From: a virus
DNA: 64,000 nt
IMG/VR virus record: IMGVR_UViG_3300014501_000013
Coordinates: 1-64,000 of that record
Direction: 5' to 3' (one strand)
This document shows, piece after piece, positions 8,685-17,948 of the stretch. The notes below the pieces were generated by a model. The model was not told the DNA's origin, did no database searches, and was given only the letters and a program-made list of their open reading frames with translations. A program made the translations under genes and the position numbers. The first letter of the stretch is position 1, and every line of letters starts with the position of its first letter.

Positions 8685-8757
8685 TGGTGGAGCTGGAGGG
8701 AATCGAACCCTCGCGGCGACCAGGTGGGTAACCAGTACCGCACACCAGCTCAACCCC
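8685..8757 (-). ncRNA. 73-nt tRNA-Ala / tmRNA tRNA-like-domain-like RNA
   Basis: Acceptor GGGGUUG/CAGCUCC with G3-U70, discriminator A and encoded CCA; T-arm GAGGG-UUCGAUU-CCCUC; no D-stem. Confidence 0.55.
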
Positions 8758-8817
8758 CGGAAATCAGTTCAGAGAACGTCGCACCCTTGCTGCTACGACC
8801 GAGATGTTATGCTTTAG

Positions 8818-9027
8818 GTGCTGGAGGAAAGCGCTATGCAATGGGAAGTCGGGGAGTCAGCAACTCATCCTGGGTATTGGTCTGCCGAGGCTGTCGATTA
8901 TGCCAGCGAAGGCGAAATTTACGTTGTTCTGTTTCTGTGTCCAGACTCTAGGAAAATGGCGGAAGAGTATGTCGCACTGAAGGACGCGCATTCTTCCGCC
9001 ACGGATAGGGTCCTGGCGTCTGCCTAG
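8818..9027 (+). CDS. Small hypothetical protein (start probably 8836)
   Basis: GGAGGA SD before MQWEV; opposite orientation to neighbours. Confidence 0.6.
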   Translation: MLEESAMQWEVGESATHPGYWSAEAVDYASEGEIYVVLFLCPDSRKMAEEYVALKDAHSSATDRVLASA

Positions 9028-9076
9028 TTAGACTCGCGGCGCGGTTCAAGTGGAAAATGCAAGCGCGGCGAAAAGT

Positions 9077-10003
9077 CTACGGGTATCTCCACCGCTCTGG
9101 GGGGATGTGTCTATATTTTCTGGCCAGGTTTCGATTTAACTTCGCGTAATGTAGCGTCCGATGGCGCTTACAGCGGGTCCCGTAGCCATCCTTGCAAAGT
9201 TTGTGCTTGATCTTGAACACAGGTTTATTACATCCGTCCTCGATGCAAATCTTAAGTGCGTGACACCCACTCCCACGTTTGCGCAATGGGATGCCGCATT
9301 TTTTCAGGCGTGCCTGAACGGTTTTGTAGTTGATGCCGAGTTTCTTTGCGATTCGCGGCGTACCCCATCCAAGATCCACGTACAGGTGGTGCAGTTCCTC
9401 CTTCGTGGTCTTGGTTTTTTCGGCCCAACGGCGATCACGGAAAAACTTAGTGAGACAAGTCCGAGAACAAAAACGCCCGGTTCTTCTTGCAGTTTTCGGA
9501 GAAGCAGGAACAAGTTGGCCCAGCAATTGCGGTCTGCCTATATAGCAAATTTCAAAGTCTTCTTCCGACCAAAACTTAGGAGAAATTTTTGGTAAGAAAC
9601 TCAGTCGTTTCTCTTGGGCGGTGGTTAGTTTCTTTTTGGGCACATAGTGCTTCCAATAAAACTTCTGACTACAACATTCGCATACCGCTTTTTGTTTCTC
9701 ATGTACTGGTGGCCTCCCGATTCTAGTTCTACGCCGCGGGGCGAGCCCTGGCTTTATCCAAACATCCCCGAACGTCGTGGTGGTTCCTTCGGCCCGGTTT
9801 AGCGGAGCATCGAGCGAGAGCTGAAACTGCGCCATCGGGTATTTTCTTTTGAGCGCGGGGAGATGCTTACGGATACCGGCACGCATGTTGGTAGCATCAA
9901 TCTCGCCATCAAGAACCAGTACGGCCACATCCTGAATGATCTCCTCAGCCAGGTCGGGCGGAAGGCTCGGAAGTGCCGCTTTGATCTGGTCAAGAAGCTC
10001 CAT
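9077..10003 (-). CDS. Composite DNA-binding protein (sigma-like stub, Zn modules, HTH)
   Basis: SLDAPL; CECC; FCSRTC; EELHHLYVDLGWGTPRIAKKLG..KTVQARLKKCGIPLR HTH; CIEDGC..C..H. Confidence 0.6.
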   Translation of the reverse strand: MELLDQIKAALPSLPPDLAEEIIQDVAVLVLDGEIDATNMRAGIRKHLPALKRKYPMAQFQLSLDAPLNRAEGTTTTFGDVWIKPGLAPRRRTRIGRPPVHEKQKAVCECCSQKFYWKHYVPKKKLTTAQEKRLSFLPKISPKFWSEEDFEICYIGRPQLLGQLVPASPKTARRTGRFCSRTCLTKFFRDRRWAEKTKTTKEELHHLYVDLGWGTPRIAKKLGINYKTVQARLKKCGIPLRKRGSGCHALKICIEDGCNKPVFKIKHKLCKDGYGTRCKRHRTLHYAKLNRNLARKYRHIPPERWRYP

Positions 10004-10104
10004 TTCGCCTCACTCCCACACGCTCGGCGTTCTCCGGCCAGCACCCCGGATGAATAGCGCGACCAGCGCTGGTCCAACGATGCACAGGCCGAGCAGGAGG
10101 GCAG

Positions 10105-11362
10105 TCATCGGCGGTCGCGCTCCATATCGCTTTCCTCGTCCCGCTCGCGCTCGATAGCTTCCGCCAGTTTGCGCTTTAGTTCCGTACAGGCGGCACAATA
10201 GGCGGTGTGTGAAACCCGAATATGCTCGTCTAGCCGGCGCTCCAACTCGCGGCGATCTGGCGGGGCGTGGCGATTCACGACGGCCTCTCTGGTAATCTGA
10301 CGCGCTGCCGTATCAATGGCAACCGGCGTAGCGCTTCGCGCTCGGCTTTCTCGCGTTCGGCTGAGGCGCGCAGCATCCGGGAATAGCCGATGGAGCAAAT
10401 AATCCAAACGGCACCGACACCGAGTAGGACGAGCAGGCGGTCAAGGTCGATCATGATGCAGTTTCCTCCTTCATTGGCATGGTCGTAAGGCGATCTGCGT
10501 CCCGAATGGCTTCCTGGGCTTGGCGGTAGAACTTGGCGGGAATCCACTCGCCCGGAGTTGTCATTGCATTAGCCATAACATTCCTCAGCGCCGCGAGCAG
10601 TGCGCCGTGGCTCGAGCGCAGGGCTTCGAGATCGGCCTGGGTTCGAAGCACCAGATTTAGCGCGGCTGGGTCACTGGTCATGATATTTTCTCCCCGTCTC
10701 TAATCGCCTCGCGGGCCCAGTGCTCTAAGTCCGGGTCTAACCAGTCGCGTTTCAGCGGCAGATCGGCCAAGATCGTCCGGAGGCATCTCAGCAATTGGCC
10801 GTGGTTTTTCCGGAGGGCTTCGAGCCTGTCGGCATACGCCCGCGGCACGAACCGCGTGGGATGTTCGGAGCAGCTCAGGTTCACCTCGAAGCCTTGGTTG
10901 CAAATACACTGGTTGTCGCTCATAGAGAGATCTCCCGCGGAGTGGGTCGAATCCGTAACTCAGCGCTCGGTTCAAGTTCCTGGCAAACCGCAAGATATTC
11001 CCGGTCGGACATCCCGTCGTCGCCGGTTTTGATGCACTGCTCGCTGAAGTATGTCCAATGGCCGTTGACTTTTTGTTGAATAACGGTGGTCCAAATCAGT
11101 TGGGTCATTGTGGAATCCTCGCAGTCTCCAGCGCTCCACTAAGGTCAATCGTGTGCGTGGGGTCTTCTTGGTTGATGTCGGCCCACACGCGGAGTATTAG
11201 CTTGCCGTCATAATGCTCCAAGTAAATCAACTCGCCTTGGCCGTTCGGTGAATGAAAGTCGCCGTGCCCATCTACTCGGATAATGAGCGTCTGTCCATCG
11301 GCGATAACTTCGCCGTCATGCTTCTCGTGCGTGTCGAAGTCGGTCAGAGTAAAGTGGGTCAT
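10105..11362 (-). CDS. Run of small coupled hypothetical genes (10105-10407 or 10275-10454, 10451-10681, 10678-10923, 10920-11108, 11105-11362)
   Basis: Successive ATGA overlaps and SD motifs; no recognisable domains. Confidence 0.55.
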
Positions 11363-11460
11363 GTCAGTACCTCCCCGAATCGCGATAATCCACCAGCACA
11401 TCCATTGCGGCTATGTGAGCGATCTTGTAAGTCATCGTGAGCATATCGACCTCCGCACAC

Positions 11461-11489
11461 AGAATAGTTCAATAAGCGCTAACTGTCAA
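11461..11489 (-). promoter_or_regulatory. Promoter TTGACA-17-TATTCT with operator-like TCAATAAGCGCT in the spacer
   Basis: Read directly. Confidence 0.65.
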
Positions 11490-11628
11490 TAGTTTTCTTT
11501 AGCTTTCGTGCCACCAATGCAAGCTGTTGAATCTCAAGCCTACGTTCCACCGTCATGCGTGCGAATCCCTTTGGGACCTTGGCTTTACCGCCCCGCCTGC
11601 CGAGAGACACCGCGGCCCGGTTCTTCAT
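11479..11628 (-). CDS. 49-aa basic KGG-like peptide, possible DNA-binding regulator
   Basis: MKNRAAVSLGRRGGKAK...MTVERRLEI; ATGA-coupled to the HNH gene. Confidence 0.65.
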   Translation of the reverse strand: MKNRAAVSLGRRGGKAKVPKGFARMTVERRLEIQQLALVARKLKKTIDS

Positions 11629-12026
11629 GCGGCGCTCCTGCGAGTGTATTTCTTGCGCCTGTTTTTGGCTTGCTCTGCCAAGGTGGACCATTTGCAATTT
11701 CCCGGTTCGTAGTTGCCATCGTTGTTGATTCGGTCCAGCGTCAACCCTGAGGGTCGATCCCCCATGTCCGATCTAAAGTTCTGGAAATTGTCCCAACGGG
11801 CGCAAACCGAAATGCCTCTTCCGCCATAAAGATAGTACGCGTGATATGTGGGGCTATTACACCGCTGTCGCATCGCCGTCCAGCTGGCGTAGGCCCCCTC
11901 CATAGGAGATTTTGAATCGACGCGTGAATGGGCCGATCTCTTGTGGACTAACCAATCGCGGTGGGAATCCAAGTGGAGTCCACACTCAAGGCACGTGCGA
12001 CGCTTTGGGTAACTTCGTCCAGGCAT
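11625..12026 (-). CDS. HNH homing-type endonuclease
   Basis: YASWTAMRQRC...YGGRGISVCARW..F..F..DMG.RP...TLDRINNDGNYEPGNCKWST..EQ..N; N-terminal CxxC...HxxxxH. Confidence 0.9.
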   Translation of the reverse strand: MPGRSYPKRRTCLECGLHLDSHRDWLVHKRSAHSRVDSKSPMEGAYASWTAMRQRCNSPTYHAYYLYGGRGISVCARWDNFQNFRSDMGDRPSGLTLDRINNDGNYEPGNCKWSTLAEQAKNRRKKYTRRSAA

Positions 12027-12032
12027 GGATGT

Positions 12033-12061
12033 ATTATAAGCGCTTATTGATACTAATTCAA
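12033..12061 (-). promoter_or_regulatory. Promoter TTGAAT-17-TATAAT with palindrome ATAAGCGCTTAT (12037-12048), probably leaderless
   Basis: -10 ends 6 nt before the HNH ATG. Confidence 0.65.
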
Positions 12062-12181
12062 CTTGTTTCGCAACTGCTTGATTTTAATGCTTGACGCGCG
12101 GAGGAATCTGTGTATACCATTAGCTTCAACGGGTAGCTCATCCGTGCATTCCTGCGCACACCAGCGCCGAGCATTCCATTA

Positions 12182-12454
12182 GTGTCTCAAGCCGCTACGA
12201 TTCAGCTACGAAGCGCATCCGGCAAGCATCTACTTGACCCTGCATGCGACCTCGCCTGGTTACTCAGAAACGCTGGACACTTTCATTTCAAGCACAACAA
12301 ACGCGGCAACATAACGTCCGCGCGTCCGAAGAATCGTATGTCACTAGCGGCGCTGACACGCGCCGGCGAGTCATTCATTCAACCGCTTGCTAATGGCCGT
12401 GTTTGGAGCTTGAGGGGTACTCCTGGCGCCGTCGGTGCCCCTGTGATCGCGTAG
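12182..12454 (+). CDS. Hypothetical protein
   Basis: Divergent ORF below TTGACG (12091)...TACCAT (12115). Confidence 0.5.
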   Translation: MSQAATIQLRSASGKHLLDPACDLAWLLRNAGHFHFKHNKRGNITSARPKNRMSLAALTRAGESFIQPLANGRVWSLRGTPGAVGAPVIA

Positions 12455-12576
12455 CACTTATGCCCACGCGTCTTAGCTCGGCTCAGCGGCATCACGCCAC
12501 ACGCGCAGCGCTCAACCTCGAGCCGCGGCCCGGCCAGCTCCAGCGCGGCGACCGCCCCAGTTGGGCTTACGCGGGG

Positions 12577-13177
12577 TCAAAATAATGGGTCGCATTTATG
12601 CGCAAGCATCTCGCGGCTGGTCAGCTTCGCGCCACACTTCGGACATGGTCGAATGATCGGCGGCCGCCCGACGGGTTTCTTGACCGTTAGTGTGTCGGTC
12701 ATATAGCAACCCCTTCGGCCCGTGCACGCGCTAAGACCGCACGCATTTTCAAGCGGGCGTCGTCGGCAAACGGAAAGCATTGAGCGCAGGTTTCTGCCGA
12801 ATCTTCCAGGTCGCATTCGTCGCACTTGTTACGAAAGTCGTCCAGCAGGTCATACGCACTCAACGCTTTGAGAGCTTGCGATAACAGAGGTTCTTCCATG
12901 ACTAGAACCCAGCCACGGAGTCGGGCTCATGCAACTTACCAGTGCCGAGATAAGCATCGATTTCCATCAGACAGTCCGAAAGACTGTCAGCCCAGCGCGA
13001 CCGAATATTGCAGAACTCGCGCTGAAACACCCAAGTACTCCGGCGGCTGCGCTTGACTATCATCCCACCGAATCCATCCTTTGCGCGGTCTTCAAGGCGG
13101 ATCGTTTTACCGATTGGGATGTCTGCGATATTAGACAAAATGCGTTGCAGGTCCGGGGTTGCTGTTGTGTTTTTCAT
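12577..13177 (-). CDS. Three-gene mini-operon (12902-13177, 12699-12899, 12577-12702); last gene is a GRPP + CxxC peptide
   Basis: Coupled ORFs below a promoter; MTDTLTVKKPVGRPPIIRPCPKCG. Confidence 0.55.
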
Positions 13178-13183
13178 GAACCA

Positions 13184-13212
13184 AGTATGCCACTTTGTAC
13201 AAAGTATGTAAA
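13184..13212 (-). promoter_or_regulatory. Promoter TTTACA-17-CATACT with perfect palindrome ACTTTGTACAAAGT (13192-13205), probably leaderless
   Basis: -10 ends 6 nt before the ATG at 13177. Confidence 0.65.
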
Positions 13213-13248
13213 TAGCTAAAATCGCCTTGTTATGATGTACTTGAGTAC

Positions 13249-13638
13249 ATGGAAATTACGAAGCCTAGACCAAGCTGGAGAGCTGGATACGTCTACTTTC
13301 TCAAGTCGAACCAATACGTTAAGATCGGATTCGCGGCAAACCCGCGCGGAAGGCTTTATCAACTCAGATCGCTCGCGCGTCGGCAAAGTCTTGAAGATAA
13401 TCGTCCGTGGGATCATCGCTATGCAATTGATTTTACGCTCCTTGCACAGTTGCCCGCGAAAGCCTTCACCGAAAAAGAACTCCACAAGCGCTTCGCGTCT
13501 TCCAGGCTTGCCAAGACCGAATGGTTTCGCTTTGATCCTCCCCTCGCTGATTACATCGCGTCGATACCTGCAATGGCCGACAAACCAAAACGGCGCAGCC
13601 CCTCTCACACTTGCCCCAATTGCGGCCATAACTTCTAA
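13249..13638 (+). CDS. GIY-YIG-like T5orf172/MUG113 domain protein
   Basis: GYVYFL...VKIGFA.NP..RL..L...EKELHKRF...R...EWF; C-terminal CPNCG. Confidence 0.8.
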   Translation: MEITKPRPSWRAGYVYFLKSNQYVKIGFAANPRGRLYQLRSLARRQSLEDNRPWDHRYAIDFTLLAQLPAKAFTEKELHKRFASSRLAKTEWFRFDPPLADYIASIPAMADKPKRRSPSHTCPNCGHNF

Positions 13639-13677
13639 CTCTTTCTCCCTTCGTTTCTTTAGCTTGAACGCTCAACA

Positions 13678-14211
13678 ATGAAAGTCGAATCCCATCCTCA
13701 GCGCCAAGAGATCATCGACTCGATCCTTGCCGGCAAAGCGTTGCGCAACATCGCTGCTACACTCGATCCTCCGTTGCATTTTACTTCCCTTGCCAGGTTT
13801 CGTAAGGACATGCTTAAGACCGCCTCGGCCGGCATGCATGCTCGTGGTGCCGATTGCAGCGCAATCAAGGACTTATGCGCCGATCCTGCTGACCAGTCAA
13901 GAGTTACCGAACGTCTTCGCGATGACTTGCAACAATCCGTACAGGCTGCAAACGACCGTTTTGACCGCTGGATTGACAGCGCCGAAGCACACGAAGAAGT
14001 CAACCCAATTACCGGCGAAGTGCGCTACAACATGGATCATGGTGCACTTGCGCGACACAGCCGTAACGTGTTGAGCGCCATCGAGTTACGCGCAAAGATC
14101 GCGGGCTTGTTGCAGGATGGTAGCGCTACAGTTGCAATAAACATCGCTGTTGCAGGCGGAAGCGCTGATGTCGAGCCTGCCGCGGTGACGATCGAGATGC
14201 TACGCAAATGA
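13678..14211 (+). CDS. Putative terminase small subunit
   Basis: N-terminal HTH (HPQRQEIIDSILAGKALRNIA), helical core, AIELRAKIAGLL, C-terminal beta-strand VAINIAV; upstream of TerL. Confidence 0.55.
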   Translation: MKVESHPQRQEIIDSILAGKALRNIAATLDPPLHFTSLARFRKDMLKTASAGMHARGADCSAIKDLCADPADQSRVTERLRDDLQQSVQAANDRFDRWIDSAEAHEEVNPITGEVRYNMDHGALARHSRNVLSAIELRAKIAGLLQDGSATVAINIAVAGGSADVEPAAVTIEMLRK

Positions 14212-14829
14212 TCGAGTCAAGTGATTCAATATCACATGGTCTTAGTAATAGAATGAACGACTTACAACATTCAGGCGATACTGCGGGCGATACTAAACAT
14301 GCGTCAATGCCTGAGTTCGATCGCCTGGCCGCGCGTCGCGCTCAGTGGGCACGGCAGGGACTGCCTACCACGATGGCACGCGCTGGCGCAGCGCTGCCCG
14401 TGGCCGCATCGCTTGGATTCTCGGCACTCCCTATGGGCGTAAAACGCTTGGGGCCCCCCGGAACGGCCTTGCGCGGGATTTGTGATGGCCGTGAGGGAGT
14501 TGTGGAAAGTTCAGAGGAGTCGGCTGTATTCAGCACGGGATTGCGTGATGGGCAGGCGGAGACATCGGATGTGATACCGTACATGGGGCTGAGGCGGGAA
14601 TGAGCGTGCTGGTGGTGTGGGAGGGCGGTAAAGGGCGGGAGTGGTGCCGGGAGTGTTCCACGGCGCACCTTGCGTTGGTTGTGAAGTTCGGCGCTTTGGC
14701 GTTCGCCTACGCTTTAGCCTGCGGCAGCAAGGTTTTGCAGACACTTCTGATTATGAGCCGTTTCTGTAACTTGCAGTACATCCTGAGCCGCCTGGGATTC
14801 AGCTTTCGCCGGGCCCCTGTCGAATCGGC

Positions 14830-15402
14830 TCAACCCTGTGACGTACAGGCTTCGGGGGCTCTTGACATCATGCCCCGTCGAGGATCAGTGACGCTTATTC
14901 CGTTCTCGGCGTCCAGCCTCTTTCCCGTAAATCCGCCAGCCGGCCTATACTGGTCCCGGCAACCTGGCAACTGCTTGGGCGGTGAGATCCGTCTGCGAAT
15001 TTCTTCTACAACTGCATCGATGTCGACGAACACACGGTTCGCAGAGAAGCGTATCGTCGAGAAACCCTTTGATGCCAGCGTTTTGTCGCGGTATGCGTCG
15101 GCTTTGGCCTTCGCTGGCTTGTCATGAAACTTTCCGTCTATCTCAATGATGAGCTTGCGCTTAGCGCAATAGAAGTCGGCAATCCAGCCGAAGATCAGGC
15201 ATTGTCGACGAATGCGTATGCCAAGCCGATTCGCCCTGAGGCGAGCCCACAGCAGGCGTTCCGGTGGACTCATGTTCTTGCGAAGTTGGCGCGCAAAGGT
15301 TTTCTTGGCCGGGGCGCTCTTGGTCTTAAAGGCGTGAACCTTGGCTTCCTTGGCGGCTTCTATCAGCGATTTATAGACTGGCGAAATGAGTTGCTGTCTC
15401 AC
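14830..15402 (-). CDS. DUF559 (Vsr-like) endonuclease domain protein
   Basis: ARQLRKNMSPPERLLW..LR...RRQ..I.GWIADFYC..KLIIEIDG..H....D..RD..L...GF..IRF. Confidence 0.85.
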   Translation of the reverse strand: MRQQLISPVYKSLIEAAKEAKVHAFKTKSAPAKKTFARQLRKNMSPPERLLWARLRANRLGIRIRRQCLIFGWIADFYCAKRKLIIEIDGKFHDKPAKAKADAYRDKTLASKGFSTIRFSANRVFVDIDAVVEEIRRRISPPKQLPGCRDQYRPAGGFTGKRLDAENGISVTDPRRGMMSRAPEACTSQG

Positions 15403-15577
15403 TCGATCTTTCTCGCGCCTGAGCTTTGCGAGATGGGGCGGTCATTGCAACCGCCCCGGATCTGTGAAGTCCAAGCACTTCCACCATACTACGACTGGTG
15501 GGGTACCTGTCAAGAGGGGTACCGCATTTGGTGGGCTAGAACGGCGTAAGGATCCGGCTTGACAAAAGAGCGGCTAA

Positions 15578-16033
15578 ATGTTTGAATTGGGGATGCTCAA
15601 ACAAACCAAGGAAGTAATGTATTCGAGCAATGAAGTCGCAGCGGTTGCGCGTGCAACCTTGCGGGAGCTTCAGTGGTGGGATGAGCATAACGTTATCCAT
15701 GCCGACTTTGTCGGTCGCGAGCGTCGGTACAATGTCAAGGATCTCGTTCAGGCCGTTGTAATAGCCGCTCTGAGACGGCGAGGCATCAGCCTGCAAAAGA
15801 TCCGGGGATACTGGCCGCAGTTGCGGTGTTCGCTCGCGAAAGCCCATGCAGCGCTGGAGTCCAGCTGCACGGTGATCGTGGTTGCAAATTCCAAGCTTGC
15901 GCTGGTATTCGAAAAGTGGGATGCCGTGTTTCCGTTCATGGCTGATTCATCTTGCGCTTGGACGGTGATCGAACTGAATCACGAGCTTGGCGCTAATGCG
16001 GCGCTGATTCGCGAACAACGGAGCGCGGCGTGA
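15578..16033 (+). CDS. MerR-family HTH regulator
   Basis: YSSNEVAAVARATLRELQWWDE..VI....GRERRY...DL.....I..LRRRGISLQKI. Confidence 0.75.
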   Translation: MFELGMLKQTKEVMYSSNEVAAVARATLRELQWWDEHNVIHADFVGRERRYNVKDLVQAVVIAALRRRGISLQKIRGYWPQLRCSLAKAHAALESSCTVIVVANSKLALVFEKWDAVFPFMADSSCAWTVIELNHELGANAALIREQRSAA

Positions 16034-16055
16034 AGATTCGGCGTATACTGGCGGC

Positions 16056-16232
16056 ATGAGTCCCGAAGCTGCCGACAAACTGATCCAGATGGGCATTCTG
16101 CCGGGTTCGATAACTTGGGAGGCATGCGAGAACGCCACGCGGGCAGTCTGGCAGCCTGTCTATGACGAAGTTGCTCAAATGAAGGGTCACTGTCCACCTG
16201 AGGTAGCCGTGGCACCAAAGGCAACCGCATGA
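16056..16232 (+). CDS. 58-aa paralogue of 16996..17397
   Basis: Hand-translated MSPEAADKLIQMGILPGSITWEACEN...; TATACT at 16044-16049 ends 6 nt before the ATG. Confidence 0.6.
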   Translation: MSPEAADKLIQMGILPGSITWEACENATRAVWQPVYDEVAQMKGHCPPEVAVAPKATA

Positions 16233-17764
16233 ATAAACGAAGCCTCAGCAGGGCCGCGAACCGAATGTGCGCCGAGCGCAAGCTCGAGATGCACTTCAAA
16301 TTCCGCGACGGCACGGCTTGGGCGAGAAGCGCCGAACTTCGCAAGCGCCCGGCAGGCAAATCACGCGCCTGGTGGAAGAAGGACAAGCGCGACCGCAAGG
16401 CGCAAGCGTTTTTGGCGGCAATTCCTTCAATCCCGGCCAAGCGGTTTCAGCCGACACCACCGGGAACAGCATGAGAATTCATGTCTGGAAGAATCGAGCG
16501 TTTGCCGATCCAGATTTGGTAGTTCGTGGATGGATCGCGGGAAACCAGCGAATGATCATATTCTTCCCAACATGGCGTAAGGCTCTTGATTTTGCTGTAG
16601 CAGCATCGAAGGCGGAAGCGTGGTAACCGAAGCCGAAGAGTTGCAAGAATTTCGCGAGGTTTTAACAGCCGCTCTTCTATCACCCGCCGGAGATCTTTGT
16701 AAACGGTGTGGCCACAGAAGGGACGGACATAGTAGTTGGTGGATGGGGACACCGGAAGATGACTACTGCGAATGGAACGACAAAACCGGAGAGTGCGAAT
16801 GTTCGGGGTTTCAAGAATCAACCGCATGAACGCACTTCCCTGGTACGCGCGGTGGCTGAACGGCGACCTCGCCGCGATTCAGGCAGAGGTGTGGAAGCAA
16901 TCCCGCTGGTTTTCGTGTAAAGTGGAACCAAGCGCGGCCCGCTTTTCTCCAGTCAAACCGAAGCTTACATCACCGCGGGCTGCGCGCCTAAACGTATGAG
17001 TCCCGAAGCCGCCGACAAGCTGATTCAGATGGGCATCCTGCCGGGAAGTCTTCAGTGGGAATTATGTGAGAACGTGACGCGCGGCCTAAGCCGGCAAATA
17101 GCTGCAAGTTTCGATGGATCGCTCTGTCGCTGCGGGCACTATTTCTGGGCCCACGAAGCCGCGCAGGTCGGAAAGCAGCCGTGCAAATTTTGTGACTGCC
17201 CGGACTGGAATTCGGTGTATTCGGACCCAACCCCAGAATGTGCGACGGTGGCACCGAAGGCTGCCACCAAATTCTTACCCCCTGACAGCGCCGAGGAAAT
17301 CAAGGGCGTTGGCTGGCGCGTGCCGAAGGGTCAGATGATCGGCGGAAGGTCCACCAGTTACGAACTCTATGATTACGACGGGAAGCGCCTCACGTGAGCA
17401 AGGATCTCGACCAGCAGGAGGGCGATTTCTTTGATCGCGCCCGGCGCAATCCGCTGCGGGTGATCGACTTCGAGTACGCGCCGAACTGGAACGCGCCGAT
17501 TTCTTTGGCTCCCTTTATAGACGAAGACCCTCCCGAAGTTGAGGCAACGCTCCCGTGATTGACAAATACGCGGGGCTCATTGCGCTAGTGGGCATGACCT
17601 GCGCTTTTGGCCTCGGCTGGGTCCTTCGCGGCATGTTAACGAAACCAAAGGCACTCCCGCCGCTGCCAAAGAGACAGAACCGCGGATGGGCCAACCCGCG
17701 CGTCAAAGGTCAGTTCGTGCGGCGCCCAGCGCATTTCGAGGGGCCGAAATTTCCTTGCTCATAG
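16229..17764 (+). CDS. Cluster of small coupled hypothetical genes (16229-16474, 16620-16829, 16996-17397, 17555-17764 and others)
   Basis: Overlapping stop/start junctions; Cys/His motifs CKRCGH, CRCGH; one TM peptide. Confidence 0.55.
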
Positions 17765-17948
17765 TAACAATCAGCGTGCCCCGCGAGATCGACGCGAAAG
17801 AGCTTTTGCCGCCCAACGCCCATCCGTTTGGGGCTACCCCGCACCATGCGCCCAAGGAATACCGCGTAGAGTGCCGCGACCGTGCCGAGGCCGACATGCT
17901 CGTGAACACAATGCGAAATCAACCTGGAATCAGGGCGATGATTCTCGA

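Noticed and set aside
8685-8757. Canonical tRNA gene (Gly-ACC or Ala)
   Set aside because: No D-stem, irregular anticodon stem, and Ala acceptor identity conflicts with the loop triplet; reported as a tRNA-like RNA instead
11469-12050. 12-bp inverted repeats as transposon ends around the HNH
   Set aside because: No transposase or target duplication; both copies sit in promoter spacers, which fits operators better
12155-12165. CGCACACCAGC shared with 8739-8749 as a possible antisense target of the tRNA-like RNA
   Set aside because: One 11-nt match between a 73-nt query and 64 kb is expected by chance
14208-14830. ORFs 14208..14603 and 14600..15127 as confident genes
   Set aside because: No recognisable motifs, atypical composition and overlap with the DUF559 gene; may be a non-coding packaging region
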